Assembly: GCA_051294375.1 (NCBI GenBank)
Contig: JBJCIZ010000239.1
Location: 57,148 to 121,147 of the forward strand
Direction: 5' to 3'
From: Paraspadella gotoi
Lineage: Eukaryota > Animalia > Chaetognatha
Length of the DNA: 64,000 nt
The position numbers were made by a program, and so were the translations under genes. How positions within the stretch are numbered: the stretch's first letter is position 1; every line of letters begins with the position of its first letter. The notes below the pieces were generated by a model. It had not been told where the DNA came from. It ran no database searches and saw only the letters and a list, made by a program, of their open reading frames with translations. Shown piece by piece: positions 28,001 through 42,104 of the stretch.

Positions 28001-31000
28001 TGTATAATGGAGATTGAACGAAGAGATTAGAGAGTCCATCAATAGTGTAAAGAATCAAGAGATATTTTAGTTATGTACAGGGTGAAGTGAGCAGGAGATG
28101 TAAGAAATGCGTGAAAATCGTTCAGCCAAGCTGGTAAATGATGATGGAAGACCGAGAATAAGCACTTTTGAAAATGGAATGCATGTTTCATGGAAGAGGA
28201 TGTAAATTTGGAGTTAAATGATAAATCAATTTTTGTTAAAAATTAATTAGAGAAGTATAGAACCAATGTTTTATGATTAAACAATGTTGAAGACAATGAA
28301 TGATGACGAAATTGCTTGGCAACCCACAACTCCACAAAATTCCTAGTATAGGAGACCGTTGAATGGCGAGGATTCAGTTGATAATAAATTTGGAGTGAGA
28401 GGAGAGACTCTTCAAGGTAATTTTGGACATTATACGAATGTTTCATGTTTCCTGAAATGATCAATAGAATATGTAGATAAAGAGTATTAATTAAAAATGA
28501 AAAGTTGATGGATATTTATTAATTAATTTGAATTAGAGAAGTTAAAATTTACTTTAAAGAACTATTTCCTAGTTCCTTCGCGCATCGCAGACTCTGGGGA
28601 GACAAGAGGAGCGGCTCCTCTTCTCGACGCGCCACTTATCGCTGGATGCTCGGGGGACGAATGAAGACCAACGACTACCATCAATATTACGTCGCTGTGT
28701 GCAGATGAAAGTACTGGTAGCTGTTTAGATAGTGGTCAAAATTTGGGGAGGAGAGGATGAGAAGGAGAGAGAAGACTTAGAGGAGTATGGTGTGAGGAAG
28801 GAGAGTGAAACCCGGTCGTGCGGACGACCGTCTATTCCCGCCTCGAGAGACCGACCGACCGAGACCTTGAGCCTAGTATGTGAGAGGCTGCGGGGCAGGG
28901 AGAACCGGAAAGCGAGGGCTAAAGGGGCCTTAAGAACAAGGTGAATCAGGGTGAGCTGGCGGTGGCTGAGAGGAGACCCGGAATGGAACACGGGGAAGAA
29001 AGAACCGTATTTCCTCAAAATCCTATGTTGTAGATGGTAGAGAAATGGGGGAAGAAGGTGAGTTGGAGGAGAGATATATAAGAGGTATTAATAGAAGGAG
29101 GAAGAAGAGCCCGAGAGCAGAGCGAGACGACTAGCGAGAGACAGCTGAGAGCGAGCCCCCGCCGCGGGTCGGGCGCAAAGGGGACTATAGATCCATCGGT
29201 CAACCGAATTGCCCAAATGTTCTCGCTTTTTTTTCAAGTTCTCTTTCGTATGTTCTTTCTCAATTTTGACTTTTGACGGTGTTAACGCTCGAGTTAACGC
29301 GACTTGAGCCCCGAACCCGCGTTTTTGTGGGACGATGGAATAAGAAAAATATTATTATTTTGTTTTTTAAAGTTTCCGCAACGACTTTATTATATATTAA
29401 CTTTACTACTTTCGCAAAACCTCTCATTTTTTAGGTTACTGCAGTATGTATTTAAGTTATTTAAACAATGTTTTTTGTGTGTGTCCCTTTGTTGGGGAAT
29501 TTTAGTTATCCCAATTACATTTTATTACTTCACTTTTTAATTGAAGCTAGTAACGTACTTAGCTTAGCGCAGTCTGCCATGTGCAAATCCTATTCAGCGG
29601 ATGACTCCTTTTCTACAATATCTTTTTTAAAAATTGAAAACATCAAGACAATCGTTTTCACATTTAAGCTTATTTCAGTTCGCAAAGCCTAACAAAACAA
29701 TCATAGCTTCTATTGTATAAATGTATTTTTAATCTTTTTTAAAACCGCGAATTGATCTTCGGCATCCCATGTTATCGGACGGCTTGATAGTTAGCGCGAA
29801 ATCATTAAATTTAATTTAAAAAAACCGATTTGGGACATTTTTGAGAAATGCAAGCGGAGGACGGCGCGATACTGAAGCGGAAGGTGGAAGAATGGCGAAA
29901 GGGGCGACGGATCGAACGAGGATGTGATGAGATCAGAGCGACGCATGACAGCAGATCTCTTCATGACAATACAAATGGAACCACCATCATCACAATCTAG
30001 TAACAATTGTAAATGATGGTGGAATGATATTAGTGATATTTTTGAGATCAAGAAGAGAACGATCCGAGAACAGATATGTGCGCAGAGGATCTGAGAGAGC
30101 AGCAGAGAGGAGCCCCCCGGACGGATGTAGAGAGAGAGAGAGACGAGGGAGACCACCGACGGTTGGAAAAAACAAATGGAAAACGGAGCGCATCGTTCCA
30201 GTCAAAACATATTCTGAGCATTGTGATGGAAAGCGACGAATGTGCCTCGTGCAGAACTCGGCGATCCCTAATAAGCTTCGGATTTAGTAGAAAGGGAATG
30301 CCAAAAGGGTCATTCCGGTTGAAAGGAAGACTAACTCAATAAGGTACCCGAGAGAGAGTTCTGAGAGACGAGAGAGGAACCAGTACGCCTTCCCTCGCCA
30401 AGAGATCGTCAACCGGATGCAAACTCATTCCACCCCAGCAAACTCCCCGAGAGGGATTGAAGCAGCTTTCTCTTTTATTCTTCAAAACATGGGAAAAACG
30501 TGAACCGTCGAAGAATCGCAACGGCGGCCCAAAGTCCAAGCCCTCGGACGGCGCTCGTTGAAGTGCGGTAGACTGGTCCGCCTCCCTTTTGGCTGCCAGG
30601 GACGCCGACGACGACGAAACAACCTCGACGCTAATCATCAACGACGTCGGATCTCTTACGGTTGGAGCGGATGGCGTCTAACAATGAACGATGAGGGGGG
30701 TCGTGGGGCGGAAAAAGGATGTCCCAAAAGGCACGCCATGATCCTTCCAGGTTTGGCGCTGGAGGGTCCCCGGACCCCCAAGATTGTAGGCGAAGAGTTA
30801 GCCGTCAAAAACGGAGACGTTTGCTCGGAGCCTTGGCGCGAGTCCTTGAGCGGAAGATTGGTCGCGCAAGTCTACCGAATTGCCACCAACAGAGTCGTCT
30901 ACAGTTTTCTTCTGCTTCTAGCCAGTTTCTCTCAGTTCCACTCGGTCACAAGCCCACTTACAAGATCGGAGGCCTCCGAACCCGAGTGACCATCCGTGAG

Positions 31001-34000
31001 AGCCGAGTTGAAGGCTGGCGTTCGAGAGGGGAGAACGAGAGGATATCGAGGACAACCTTAGAGGGAAGAGTGGAATGGAACCGGAAGCGGAAGAAGACCC
31101 ATGAGGCGAGCGGCGGAGATGAGAGAAAGGGCTGTAGGTGCAGGGCGTTCACCGACCGGTGTGCGGATCAAGGAACGAATACGAACGAGAGGAGAGAAGT
31201 AAACCCAAGAGGCAAGTTTGTCAAAAATTTGGTGGAGAAACAAGAGCAAACTGCTCCGCGTCCTCGCCTTTCTATTTCTCTGAGGCTGCTCAAACAATTT
31301 CCGTAAGGACATTGCAAAGATCGAAAATAAGAATTTACGCCAACAAAAACCAAGTTCGAATTTCCTCTTCTTCGTTCCGGATCGTATGGTGAGATGACCT
31401 GACGAATCGCGGAGCTCCTCATTCTCTTCCGTCTCTTCCTCAAAACGAGCTTACAAGCGTCTTTCGTCAAATGAAAGAACAAAAACTCAAATGACGGGAA
31501 TTCGGGAATCGTGGAAGAAATTGGCGCCGCTTCGGTGCCGCCATCGGAAACGGAGAACGGCAGGCGATCGGATACGACGCCAGACGCGGAGTTTCTGTCG
31601 CGGATTCATCGAGAACCCGACTTGACGAACATCCCCATTCTCCGTCTCTTGTTGCAATTCTGGAGCTTCGTTCTTCGCTATGAATGGGTCGTCTCCACTG
31701 CGAGAATGGCTGGTGGAAGTTGGTTACTGCCCATAAATCAGTCAAAGGAACGAAGCAAAGGATCTTCCTTCCTAAATGTGGTTCAGTTGTTGGAGGACGA
31801 TGACACGAAAGAAGGACAACAAAGAACGATCATCCAGTTTGGAGCTTTCTTGTTCCGTCCTGGATAACACCATATACTTCCATGAAAAAGGATCGATTGC
31901 AAGACGTATGTTCACCTACACGCATTTGCGTCCCTTCCAAACTCTGTCTATGAAGATGATCCTCGAGAGGTCCTCGGCAAACGAAGTCGACGCCTGAAGC
32001 TCATGGCTTGGTGCGCCATCAATTTAGGCCACCAACGTAACGCCAACGCTCAACTCATCGCCGTAGATTTACCTGGGAAAGCGCCTCGCCTCTCTTCCAG
32101 CCGCTGCCTTAACTATAGGTGAACAAGGACAGATCTCCTCAACTTTGAGTAAGCTGCGGACAAAAAAATTGTGTTTTGACTTTTTCTTTTTAAAGGCCGG
32201 ACTAGAAATGTCTGCAAGTGTTCAAAATCAATTGGAATACATGTTGAGACAAGTATATAAGTGAGAGAACACTAAGACGGACAATTACCAATTTTTAAAG
32301 GCCTATTTCAACTATCAGTGTAAGCATCATCCTTTTTAAAAAAAGAAACACGAGTGGAGGTGTTAAAAGTTTTCATTCAGACCGACTGGGAATTTTCGTT
32401 TCTTTATGAGTAACAATGTATTTAATGTATGTTATCCTAAACTACCCCAAAACCTTTAAACCAAAACCCACATATGTGAAAGCCCTACAAAATCGCTCGC
32501 GCCCCCAAAACGTCTCTAGCATATACACGCAGAGAATTGCTCCTAGCAAGGGCGGTACAAAAAAAAGAAATATAGTTTCAACAAGAGAGGCGCTCGCGAC
32601 GAAGATCCGAAATACTGCCAGTAATCAATGTTCCGAATATTTCGTGAGAATCGCGACGGAGACCCCGACTCCAAGAGAGCGCCAAATGAACGATTTGATT
32701 CCAGAGCATCCACGCCGATTCATTCCCCATTTCAACTTCTCCACGAGAATACGATTGCGACCTGTATTGCATTCGTACTCGTCGATTTCGTATTCTGACA
32801 AGGGAAATTTATGTCCATACGCCTCGGAGAAGTGCGGAGAGGCCTGGGTAATAACTGTTCGCCTTGCCGCGACCTCACTTACTCTCGGCAAATTGTACGT
32901 ATCATCCAGTGGTCAGTTTGCATGCCCCCGGCGGAGTATTGATCGACAAAGCCGCATTCGATCAGAACTTTCGGTCAAATGAGGAGAAACGGTAACAGAG
33001 AGAGACGGAACCAAACTCACTAAAATTTATGCATCAAAACACGGCTGCCTCTACTTACATCGCAAATCTTTGGCTGTCCCTGGCGATCAAGACTCAACAA
33101 CCCGGAAAACTTCAGTCCCGGTGAGCTGGCGCAGAAAAGGCGAATGTTCCCTACGCTCAACCACACTCAAGAGGGCCGCACTAGCCCGCTCGCGGTGCCT
33201 CTCGCCATTACAGACCTCCCTCGTCTTGAGCCTCTCGCTGCCCGGTGTGCCACTCTCCCGTTGCAAAGAGGCTGGCACGGGACACCGGCTCGAGGGACTG
33301 CTCTGGCGACGCTGCCCTCTTGGAGAGATCGGAAAAGTAGGCTGTTACTTCTGGTGGAACGAATAAAAAATTGAAAATCCGAGAAAATTAACGTTTCAAT
33401 CCTCAGCATGTCGATACCGATATATAACATCAAGTCATTCTTCGTCAAATAATCTCTCTACGATTTCCACCATCATCAAGCCCACTGCGGAATTTGTGCC
33501 AAGCGGGAAAGGCTTTTCGATTACTGGATACGCCTGGCCCACTTCCTCGTTCAAGGTGCTGTCGCGAGCGACCACAATTGCGATCTTAGGTTCGCAGCCA
33601 CGTATGCGAGTACGGCGCCCGAGAGAACCGCTCTCGAAGCGTACACAGGAGAATCTCGGATCAAATCTCTAGGAAGGTCTTTTGTCGTTGCTCCAATAAT
33701 CTCCTTGATCGAGCTGAGAGGTAATCTCCGAAGCGCGACGAAAGAATTGCAACGGCAAGACGACGCCTCGACGATCGGTCGTTGGCGTGCTCGCCCTTTG
33801 CGTATGGGCAAATCGTTACTCCGTCCAGTCTTGCTCTGTTGTTTTGTATGTAGATCGAACGATCATATTCTGGATTACATACATGCATCAACAACCGCGA
33901 GACGAAAGATCGGTCACCCGTCAATCAAACGAGTTAACTCTTAAGGTAATGTGATGGAGGACGGCAAATGCGGCCGCCAAGAGCCACCCCAACGCCGTCG

Positions 34001-37000
34001 AGAAAGCAAAGATCTTTTCTTATCTTGATCTTTTCTATGCTTTTGTTCTTTAGATACGGTTTCGGTTTTTCTAAATTACAAATTTCTTTTTCGGTGTACA
34101 AAACTATCGGTTTCACGCGTGACTTGGGTGTGTCGTAATTGTCTTTTTTATCTTGTCAATCTTCGTGCGGACTGAAGCAGTATTAGTCCGCGTGGTATCC
34201 CTGGAAATCAAAGTAAAAGACCTTCTCATACATCTTCTGTTGTGAAAGGCGATGTGACGGACCGCTTCCGATCCATGCTGGCTCTACAAATAAGCAATGC
34301 GTCCGAGTTTCGCGAGCTCGCTGGTCGTGCTGCAGCTTCTACCCGTCGATCTGCATGCCACGACTAAGGTTTGAGCCGCACGAAAGCCCGATGGATGAGA
34401 AGGAGCGTGGTAGGAACCCTTGACCTTCCACGGATCGAGTCTAGCGCAGCGTTGAGCCTGCATCACAGGCCGAGTCTCTATAGGATCGAGACACGTGATC
34501 TGCCTCTGGCCGGACCTCGTCCGACGACCGAACTATTAGTCGATTGACCCGTAGGGAAGCACACCCTTTCCCTCCCAGTAGACTTTTTGACAGGGAAACC
34601 ATATGTGATATTTCCCTGTGAGCCAGAGTGTCGAAGGATTGGTCTATATCCACAAGACCAAAATTGAATTAAAGATACCAAAAAAACCATCAGTGTGAAA
34701 ACTGGCAGACAGCGATCACCAGATGGCGGAAAGTTGCCGCTGGCCAATGGCACAAATTGCCCATTGACCCGACAGATAGGATGCCCCACTAGGTCAACTA
34801 TAGTAGATCGATCATTGGAATATCGACTCATCGCTCGCACGCCGTCGTGAACAATAAAACGTCTTCGTCGACGGGAAACTAGATTTAATGGTGACTGCTC
34901 CGATTCCCGTTCAAAGATCCGCCCGAACGTAATCTCGATGCAACAATGACCAATCTTTTCCTTTGGTGGCGCGACGAGGAAATAAAGTGGTGCACGTAAA
35001 ACTGTTCGTGTTGAGAGACGTAGCAAAAGCATCTTCATGAAGTGAGTACTGTCCTTGTACCTGAAGGCCCGGCCGGTGTTCGTAAAGAGATAGGCTGCGA
35101 AGTCCTAGTTCCCCCTTGTACACGTGGTCCGGAGAGGATGAGATTGAGAGCGTACGATGCGCCTTGTAGTTTGTGGCTCCAAAATTCGAATAATGGAGCC
35201 CTGAAAGGATCCCATCTCGGGATGCTCTCGATCCCCGTCCCGACTGTCGCGCGGCGGGACTGTCGAAGAGATCATCTCGTCGAACGTAGATCTCGGAAGG
35301 CGCGGAATTCGCCAATCCGGCAGGCTTTCTGGATTTTCGTAGTCCGTTGAACATAACTGAGACGCCTCGAATCATTCGCTCGTACTTCTGATGTCCTCCC
35401 ATGGAACCAGAGTGGGAGTCAGCGAGGAACCATTATAGAATTCGATTGATCGTTCTTTTGCGATCGTCCCTCTAACTGGAATCAACAACACCGAGTGAAC
35501 CAATCCTGTATGGAAGGAGACTCCGCCTTGGGGACTCGGATTGCGTCAGCACTCAAGCGGAAAAAGGATTCGAAGCTCAGATGACGAAGAGAGAGAACCG
35601 AATGATCGTTCGGTCAAGTCGGGGTGTCTGGATGAGAGCGCCGGATAATGAATCCCGACGGACAGAAACCTCGGCGTTCTGGCGTTCCGGAGTCCGTCGC
35701 CGCCGTTCTCGTTTCCCGGAACGACGCTCTGGACAGCGAGGCCACTTGGACGGCACCCAGCGGCGGCAATTTTCTCGATCGACCGCATTTCCCGGGAATC
35801 TGGCCGGAGTCAACTCTTTTGTGATGTTGTTTGTTCTCGCACGAACAGCCGCTATGACTATGTTATATATATGAGGAAAGGAAGAACGGGGGTCGGCGAG
35901 AGGCAGGGAGAGTCTTCGATGTTCAAGGTAGGCTCAGCCAGGCGCCACGGCTTCTCTCTCCCAACATCCCGGCCGATAACCGAGAAGAGGAATTCCACGT
36001 TGTATTGTTGGAGAATTCGTTCAATTCGATCTTTGATGTCTTTCCAGGAAATGGGGCGAGCGCCCTTGGGAGCGAGAATGTAGAATAAAAAGGCCGAACG
36101 CCAGGATAGCCCTGGAGAGACTTGATTTTGTGGTTTATTTCGCCCTACACCCCGAAGCCATTTTACTCGAAAAAACTTTCCCTTCGGAACATGTCTCTCG
36201 GGGTTTCCTCTGCCGTATCTCGGCATGCTTTTGATCTCGACCCGGACCCAAATCGCCGTGCCCGCCCCCTGCCACCCGGAGCCGCCTTCTGGTCCGCGTC
36301 TCACTATGCATGGTCCTTCCCCCGCGATATAGTCTCCGCCGGGATGCCATACTCTTCTAGGTATGGCCTAGAACCTCGGCCCTTCAAATCCTGGCCATCT
36401 CAACAGCGGAGGAGATGCGATGGGTCGGTTGATAAGGGGGTGGAGGCGGCCCGACGTGTACCTGCAATTCTGGAGAGTGCAGGTGGTCCCCTATGCCGAG
36501 TGAACTTCCGTGATGGAGCGAGAATGTTTTGGAACCACACTATGAAATCGTCAGATGCGACAGAACTGGGACGATGAGGAACGAGACTGCAAGAAGAGGA
36601 AAATCAACGGAGAAGGAGCCAGAAGAAAGCAGGTAAAGACCGAATGTGGTGAACAATTGACCCGGGATACTGGGGTAAGCTTGGCGCCGACCAATCTTCG
36701 CCTCCGAATAACGAATCGGCGGAGGAGTACCTTCCGCGTAGAGACATCCTCGAACGCCCTCTCGGGGTTTCGGCATCCGATTTAGAGAGAACGCAAGAGC
36801 GTCTCGCTTGGTATTGTCGGGACTTCGTCGGGCCACTTGTAACTCTTCCAAATTGTCCGGGGACCGCGCCAACTGGAGGATCATGGATACGGTGCTCTTG
36901 TGACACTTTTTCGCCACGCCCTCGTAGAGACGCTCCACGAGTTAGGCATCGACGTCGTTGATCGTTTAGCGTCAGTTGGAGAGAGGTGCTGTTGGTCAGT

Positions 37001-38660
37001 TCGTGCGTCCGCGGCGACTGGAGTGAGGATAGGCGACGGGAGGCCCGCGTCCCGAACGGGATCGAGTCACTCATACGACGCCGATCGGAGGACGGGGACA
37101 GAACGCCTGAGTCCTTGGGATTTGAGCGTTGTGGACCCACGAGCTCCCCGGGTGCGCAGGCCTCCCGTTACGTTGAGCGGAAGAGACGGAGGATGAAGAG
37201 ATAGATGGGGAGAGGAGGACGTCATCTCGACCGCGGAGCGAGACTCGAGAGGATGACGAGAGTCATTTTGAGAGAGAGGGAGAGAGAGAGAGGAGCAGGC
37301 AGAGGAGAGAGATAGAGAGGTCATTGAACGTCACCCAACGCAATCAGTGGTTTGACGACGAAACAATGGAAGTCTTCTATTACACGGACCTCACTCCTGC
37401 TTCTCTATCTCTCATCCTCTCTCTGCTCCTTCGTCTTCTCTGCTCATCTCTCTCTCGTCTCTCTCCTCTCCTCTCATCGACAAAAGGCCACACTCTAAAC
37501 ACATCATTTGTTCCTCCTCATTTCGCGCACATCTTTATTTGTATTTTTTTCTAGTTACCGGTGTTGAATAAGCTCCGTCGTTCACCACTTTCCACATATG
37601 TTTCTGTCTTTTTTTTTCTCGAACGACCGTCCACTTTGACCACTGATATTTATAATATACAATTATCGAAAATCGTACGTCGTACTTTCTATTCTTGTTC
37701 TACTACTACACACCCTTCACCTTGCTTTTCTTCTCTCTTGGTCTTAATCAACCTCTTCCCTCTATGAATCTCCTCTCTGATCCCTTATCTTCTTCTCTCC
37801 TCATCTTAAACGGCTCTCTACTCTCCATCTCTCTCCTCCTCTGTACCGACAAGATTTACTAGAGACCGTCAAGTCGTCAGTCATTGTTCTTTGTTCCTCT
37901 CCGAAGTCTTATCGACTTTAACTTACGCTCATCTGCCGTGGAGACTCAGGTTCTCTCCTCCGTCTCTCCTCTCTCTATTCACTCATTTAAAGAGGCGTCA
38001 TTTTTCTGAAATTTAGCGTGCTCCGAGAGCGACTCGACGCACAAGAAACGGAGACCATCAGCCTCCGAGTTCCTACCTGCGAACGGAGTGAAAAGGTCGA
38101 GAGAGCGCTTTGGGGGGGTGGTGGGTGGTTACTCTTATTCTAACGATGTTTCGAGATTTTTGCCGTGAATTTTAAAAAAAAATGAACTAAGATTTCTAGG
38201 GATTAAAAACGTCTCCATAATTTAGTGAATTAACGATTAAACGAAAGGAGAACATAAAAGTCGGATGTCCGACCGATTAATCGAGCAATCAATCAATCAC
38301 TCGATACCAAAAAAAAAAATTCAATAAATCAATTAACCAATAAATCAATTAATCAATAAATCAACATATCAATAAATAAATAACTCGATCGATTAATCAA
38401 TCAAACAATCGAACGATCAAACATTCTATAAATCAATCAGTCAATCTATCGATAAATCGTAATTCGCCAACAACACATTTGGGTCTCGAACAATCAGAGA
38501 GCTCGATTCCATTTTGGTAATTTCTTCCCGAGCCTCTGATCCGGTTCCATCTCTGTATCTCCTGTAATGAAAAACAACAAAAACAACAACAACAACAACA
38601 AAAACAACAACAACAACCAACGGCGAACCCAAGTTGTCGATGACGAAGACGTAGAAACCG
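22074..38660. other. Heavily degraded, insertion-stretched copy of the same unit (low-quality read sequence)
   Basis: Landmarks appear in order but expanded: MITE ~22610-23610, CCTAA repeats ~24300-25120, exon 11 ~27040-27400, exon 10 ~37980-38080, exon 9 3' part 38630-38660. No coherent ORFs in 27600-37200. Confidence 0.75.
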
Positions 38661-39738
38661 AAGAGAGAGATAATCCCTAACCCCATCAATCCCTGCCGCT
38701 AATCCTACCCTAATCCATGCGCCTAATCCCTAACCCTAATTCCATGCCTACATCCCTAAACCTAACTCTTCTAATTTTAAAGAATTTAGAGAGCAAAAAA
38801 TTTCGCCCGCGACATCTTTGCGTCTTTTCTTTTTTTTTCACAGAGAAGATAATTCACATTAGTGTCTACAAGCCTGCGAATATCTCGGATTCCAAAAAAA
38901 AAAATCATATATAGATTACAAAAGACGTTTGCTAGAATTTTTTTTTAATAATCAGCGCATGACGTAAAATTATATTAAGCACCATTGTTTAGGTTCACAT
39001 TTTTCGTCAAGTTTCTTTTTATATATTTTAGTAGATTCATAGCATACTCATTTCTGTCACCACTCACAATGCCAAACATTGTCAATAATGTCATAATATT
39101 CTCTTCGTAATGATTACAGAAGGCAAGACGCCACATTCAAACTTTCAAAAGTTTCTGTCCCCACTCTCTCTTAATTCAAGGAAATTGTGTACTTCAGCTT
39201 CAACGAATACGTCCGCACTTATAAATCCGTTTATTTTATCCGTCCATCCCATACCGTCCATACTACCATCCATCCTTCCATCATGATCATATACACTCCT
39301 CAATTTAATTTATTATTTTTATTATCACTGCCGACTCCTATCTAATTTTATACCGCCTATAACTTTTAATACGCATTTTCTCATGACCACCTCATTTATC
39401 ACCGACTTTTCTCACTTCGCAATTAATTCTCACTTCTATTCACCATCACTTCTCCTCTCTATCACTTCGATCAAACTATTATTTATTCATTTCTCCATCT
39501 CTATCACCGCAATCACTTTATATATGCACTTCCCCAATCTCTCTCACTCCTGCTCGGCTCACATCTCTTTCCTGTACCTTCCCATCTCTCTCACTTTCCT
39601 CTCTCCTTCGGGCTTTATCACTATCACATTACTCTCCTTCGGCTTCTATCACTACACTATCATCACTTCCTCACTCTCGCTTTATCACTATCCTTCCTCT
39701 CTCCTTCGGCTTTCTATCACTATCAACTTCCCCACCTA

Positions 39739-40025
39739 TCACAGCCATTCTCCTCGTCGTCCACAAACGACGGACGTCGATTCTTCTCATTCCTTCTGGC
39801 GGCAAACGAACGTCGACGACGGCCGCCGCAGGCAGCCGCCGCGCAGCTCGTCGACCCACACCCGTCCCGGATGACGCCTTGTCGGCCAGCGGCGGGGGGA
39901 CCGCTGATTGGGGTGATTCCGGCGCCCGGCGCGAATCGCGACGATGAAGACGACGACGACGACGAAGACGACGACGCTGAGGGAGCGACCATGCCGGGGA
40001 CATGACGAGGAGGGCCGTTCGGAAG
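39739..40025 (-). CDS. MFS transporter terminal exon 11 (TM12 and tail)
   Basis: CCATCAG acceptor; consensus LRTALLVMFPGMYALSVVVFVVVVVFIVADRAGAEFRRP...PSLWDDEGEWR* (cleanest at 16381-16678). AATAAA lies ~500 nt downstream (39230-39235). Confidence 0.8.
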
Positions 40026-40078
40026 CTGATGGGGAGGGAGAGGGTGGGGATGGTAGAGACTTAGTGAATGGGGGTATG

Positions 40079-40135
<57 letters not shown>

Positions 40136-40184
40136 GAAATGAGCGAATGGAATGACATCAAATCTAGTTGAAATGAAGAAGAAT

Positions 40185-40233
<49 letters not shown>

Positions 40234-40279
40234 GAATGATCGAATGGAACAAAAAATCAAATTGATGAAGTGGAGATGA

Positions 40280-40328
<49 letters not shown>

Positions 40329-40608
40329 TGTATGTAGAGAGAGAGAAGAGAAGAGAGAGAATGATCGAATGGAACGACATCAAATCTAGTGAATGAAGAT
40401 GAGAATTGGAGTAGGAGAGAGAGAGAGAGAGAGAGAGGATAGAGAGAGAATGAACGAATGGAACGAGCGAATCGAAATCTAGTGAAGTGAATGATAGAAT
40501 TGGAAAGAGAGAGAGAGAGAGAGAGAAGAATAGAGAGAGAGAGAGAATGAACGACGATGATACGGAATGGAGGAGACACAATCAAATCTAGGTGAATGGA
40601 GATAGAAT

Positions 40609-40650
<42 letters not shown>

Positions 40651-40950
40651 GATTAATGAAGCGAATGGAACGACATTCAAATCTAAGTGAATGAATGATA
40701 GAATTGGAGAGAGGATGAGAGAGAGAGAGAATGATGAGAGAGGAGTAGGAGAATGAAGAGAATGGAAAGCATCAAAATCTAGTGAATGGAGATAGAATTG
40801 GAGAGAGGAGAGAGAGAGAGAGAAGAGAGAAGAGAGAAGAGAGAGAGAGAGAAAGATGAAGAGAGAGAATGAACAAAATTGGAACGACATCAAATCTATG
40901 TGAATGAGATAAGAATTGGAGAGAAAGAGAGAGAGAAGAAAAGAAAGATG

Positions 40951-40988
<38 letters not shown>

Positions 40989-41802
40989 GAAGAGAAGAAG
41001 AATGAAACAAAATGGAACGACATCAAATCTAGTGGAAATGAGATAGAAATTGGAAAGAAAGAGAGAGAGAGGAGAGGGAAGAGAGAGAGAGAGAGAGGGA
41101 GAGAGAGAGAGAGAGAAGGAGAGAGAGAGAAGAAGAGAGAGAGAGAGAGAATGGAACGACATCAAATCTTCTCCGGCAAATCATTAAAGCCGGCTCCACT
41201 CCGACGAGGGTTGAATTTTTAAAAAAAGACTGAAAAGGAATTAATGAGAGACTGAAACATAAAAGAAAATCAGAAAAAAAAACAAAAAACAGAGACGCAC
41301 AAACACAAACGGCGTGCGAGAGATAAAAAAACTGAATTTTCCGTCGACGTCCGACAAAAAAAAAAAATGGCGTCGATAAGATTTTTGTTAAATTTGAAAA
41401 ATTTTTTTTTAAATAAAAATCGAGTGACTTTTGTTTAAATTTGTCTTTTTAATTCGCGATCTCGACGATTAGTCGGTGATAAACTCACACTTTTGTGTGA
41501 AACGTGATAATTAATTGGATGTGAAGATTGAGAAATAGGAGAGACTCTTCTCTGGGCGCGGCAATTGTCTCTCGGGTTCAATTCACAGACATTGATTAAA
41601 AAAAAATATTAGATGAAAAAGTCAACAATTGAACCAATTGAGAAGAAAAAGTGCAAAAATGTTTGTTAGGATAGGAGACTGAATAAAAGAGAGAGAGGAG
41701 AGAAGAGAGAGAGAGAGAGTCATTGACGTCACCCAAGCAATCAGTTTGATCGAGAAACAAATGGAGCCTTATTAACAACCTCACTCTCTCGTCCTCATCT
41801 CT

Positions 41803-41841
<39 letters not shown>

Positions 41842-42049
41842 CTGCGTCTCTCTTCACTCTCTCCTTCTCTCTCCTCTCTTCGTCTCTCTCCCCCTCTCGC
41901 TCTCCTCCTTCTCATCTCGACTTCCTCTCGCACCTCCTCTCTTCTCCCGGTGCGATCGTCCCAGTCTCTCTCTCATCGACAAAAGGCTAAAAAACGTCGA
42001 ACGAACGTCCATCCCGACTGATTAAATTATTACAATATTCAAATCGATT

Positions 42050-42104
<55 letters not shown>

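Noticed and set aside
27600-37200. Many 60-195 aa ORFs in ~50% GC sequence, suggesting a bacterial, viral or transposon insert
   Set aside because: No recognisable domains, overlapping ORFs on both strands, and scraps of the repeated unit persist in order; consistent with low-quality read noise.
38661-38671. GAGAGAGAT at a copy junction as a SMRTbell adapter remnant
   Set aside because: Too short in a GA-rich genome, and the sequence continues on the same strand instead of inverting.
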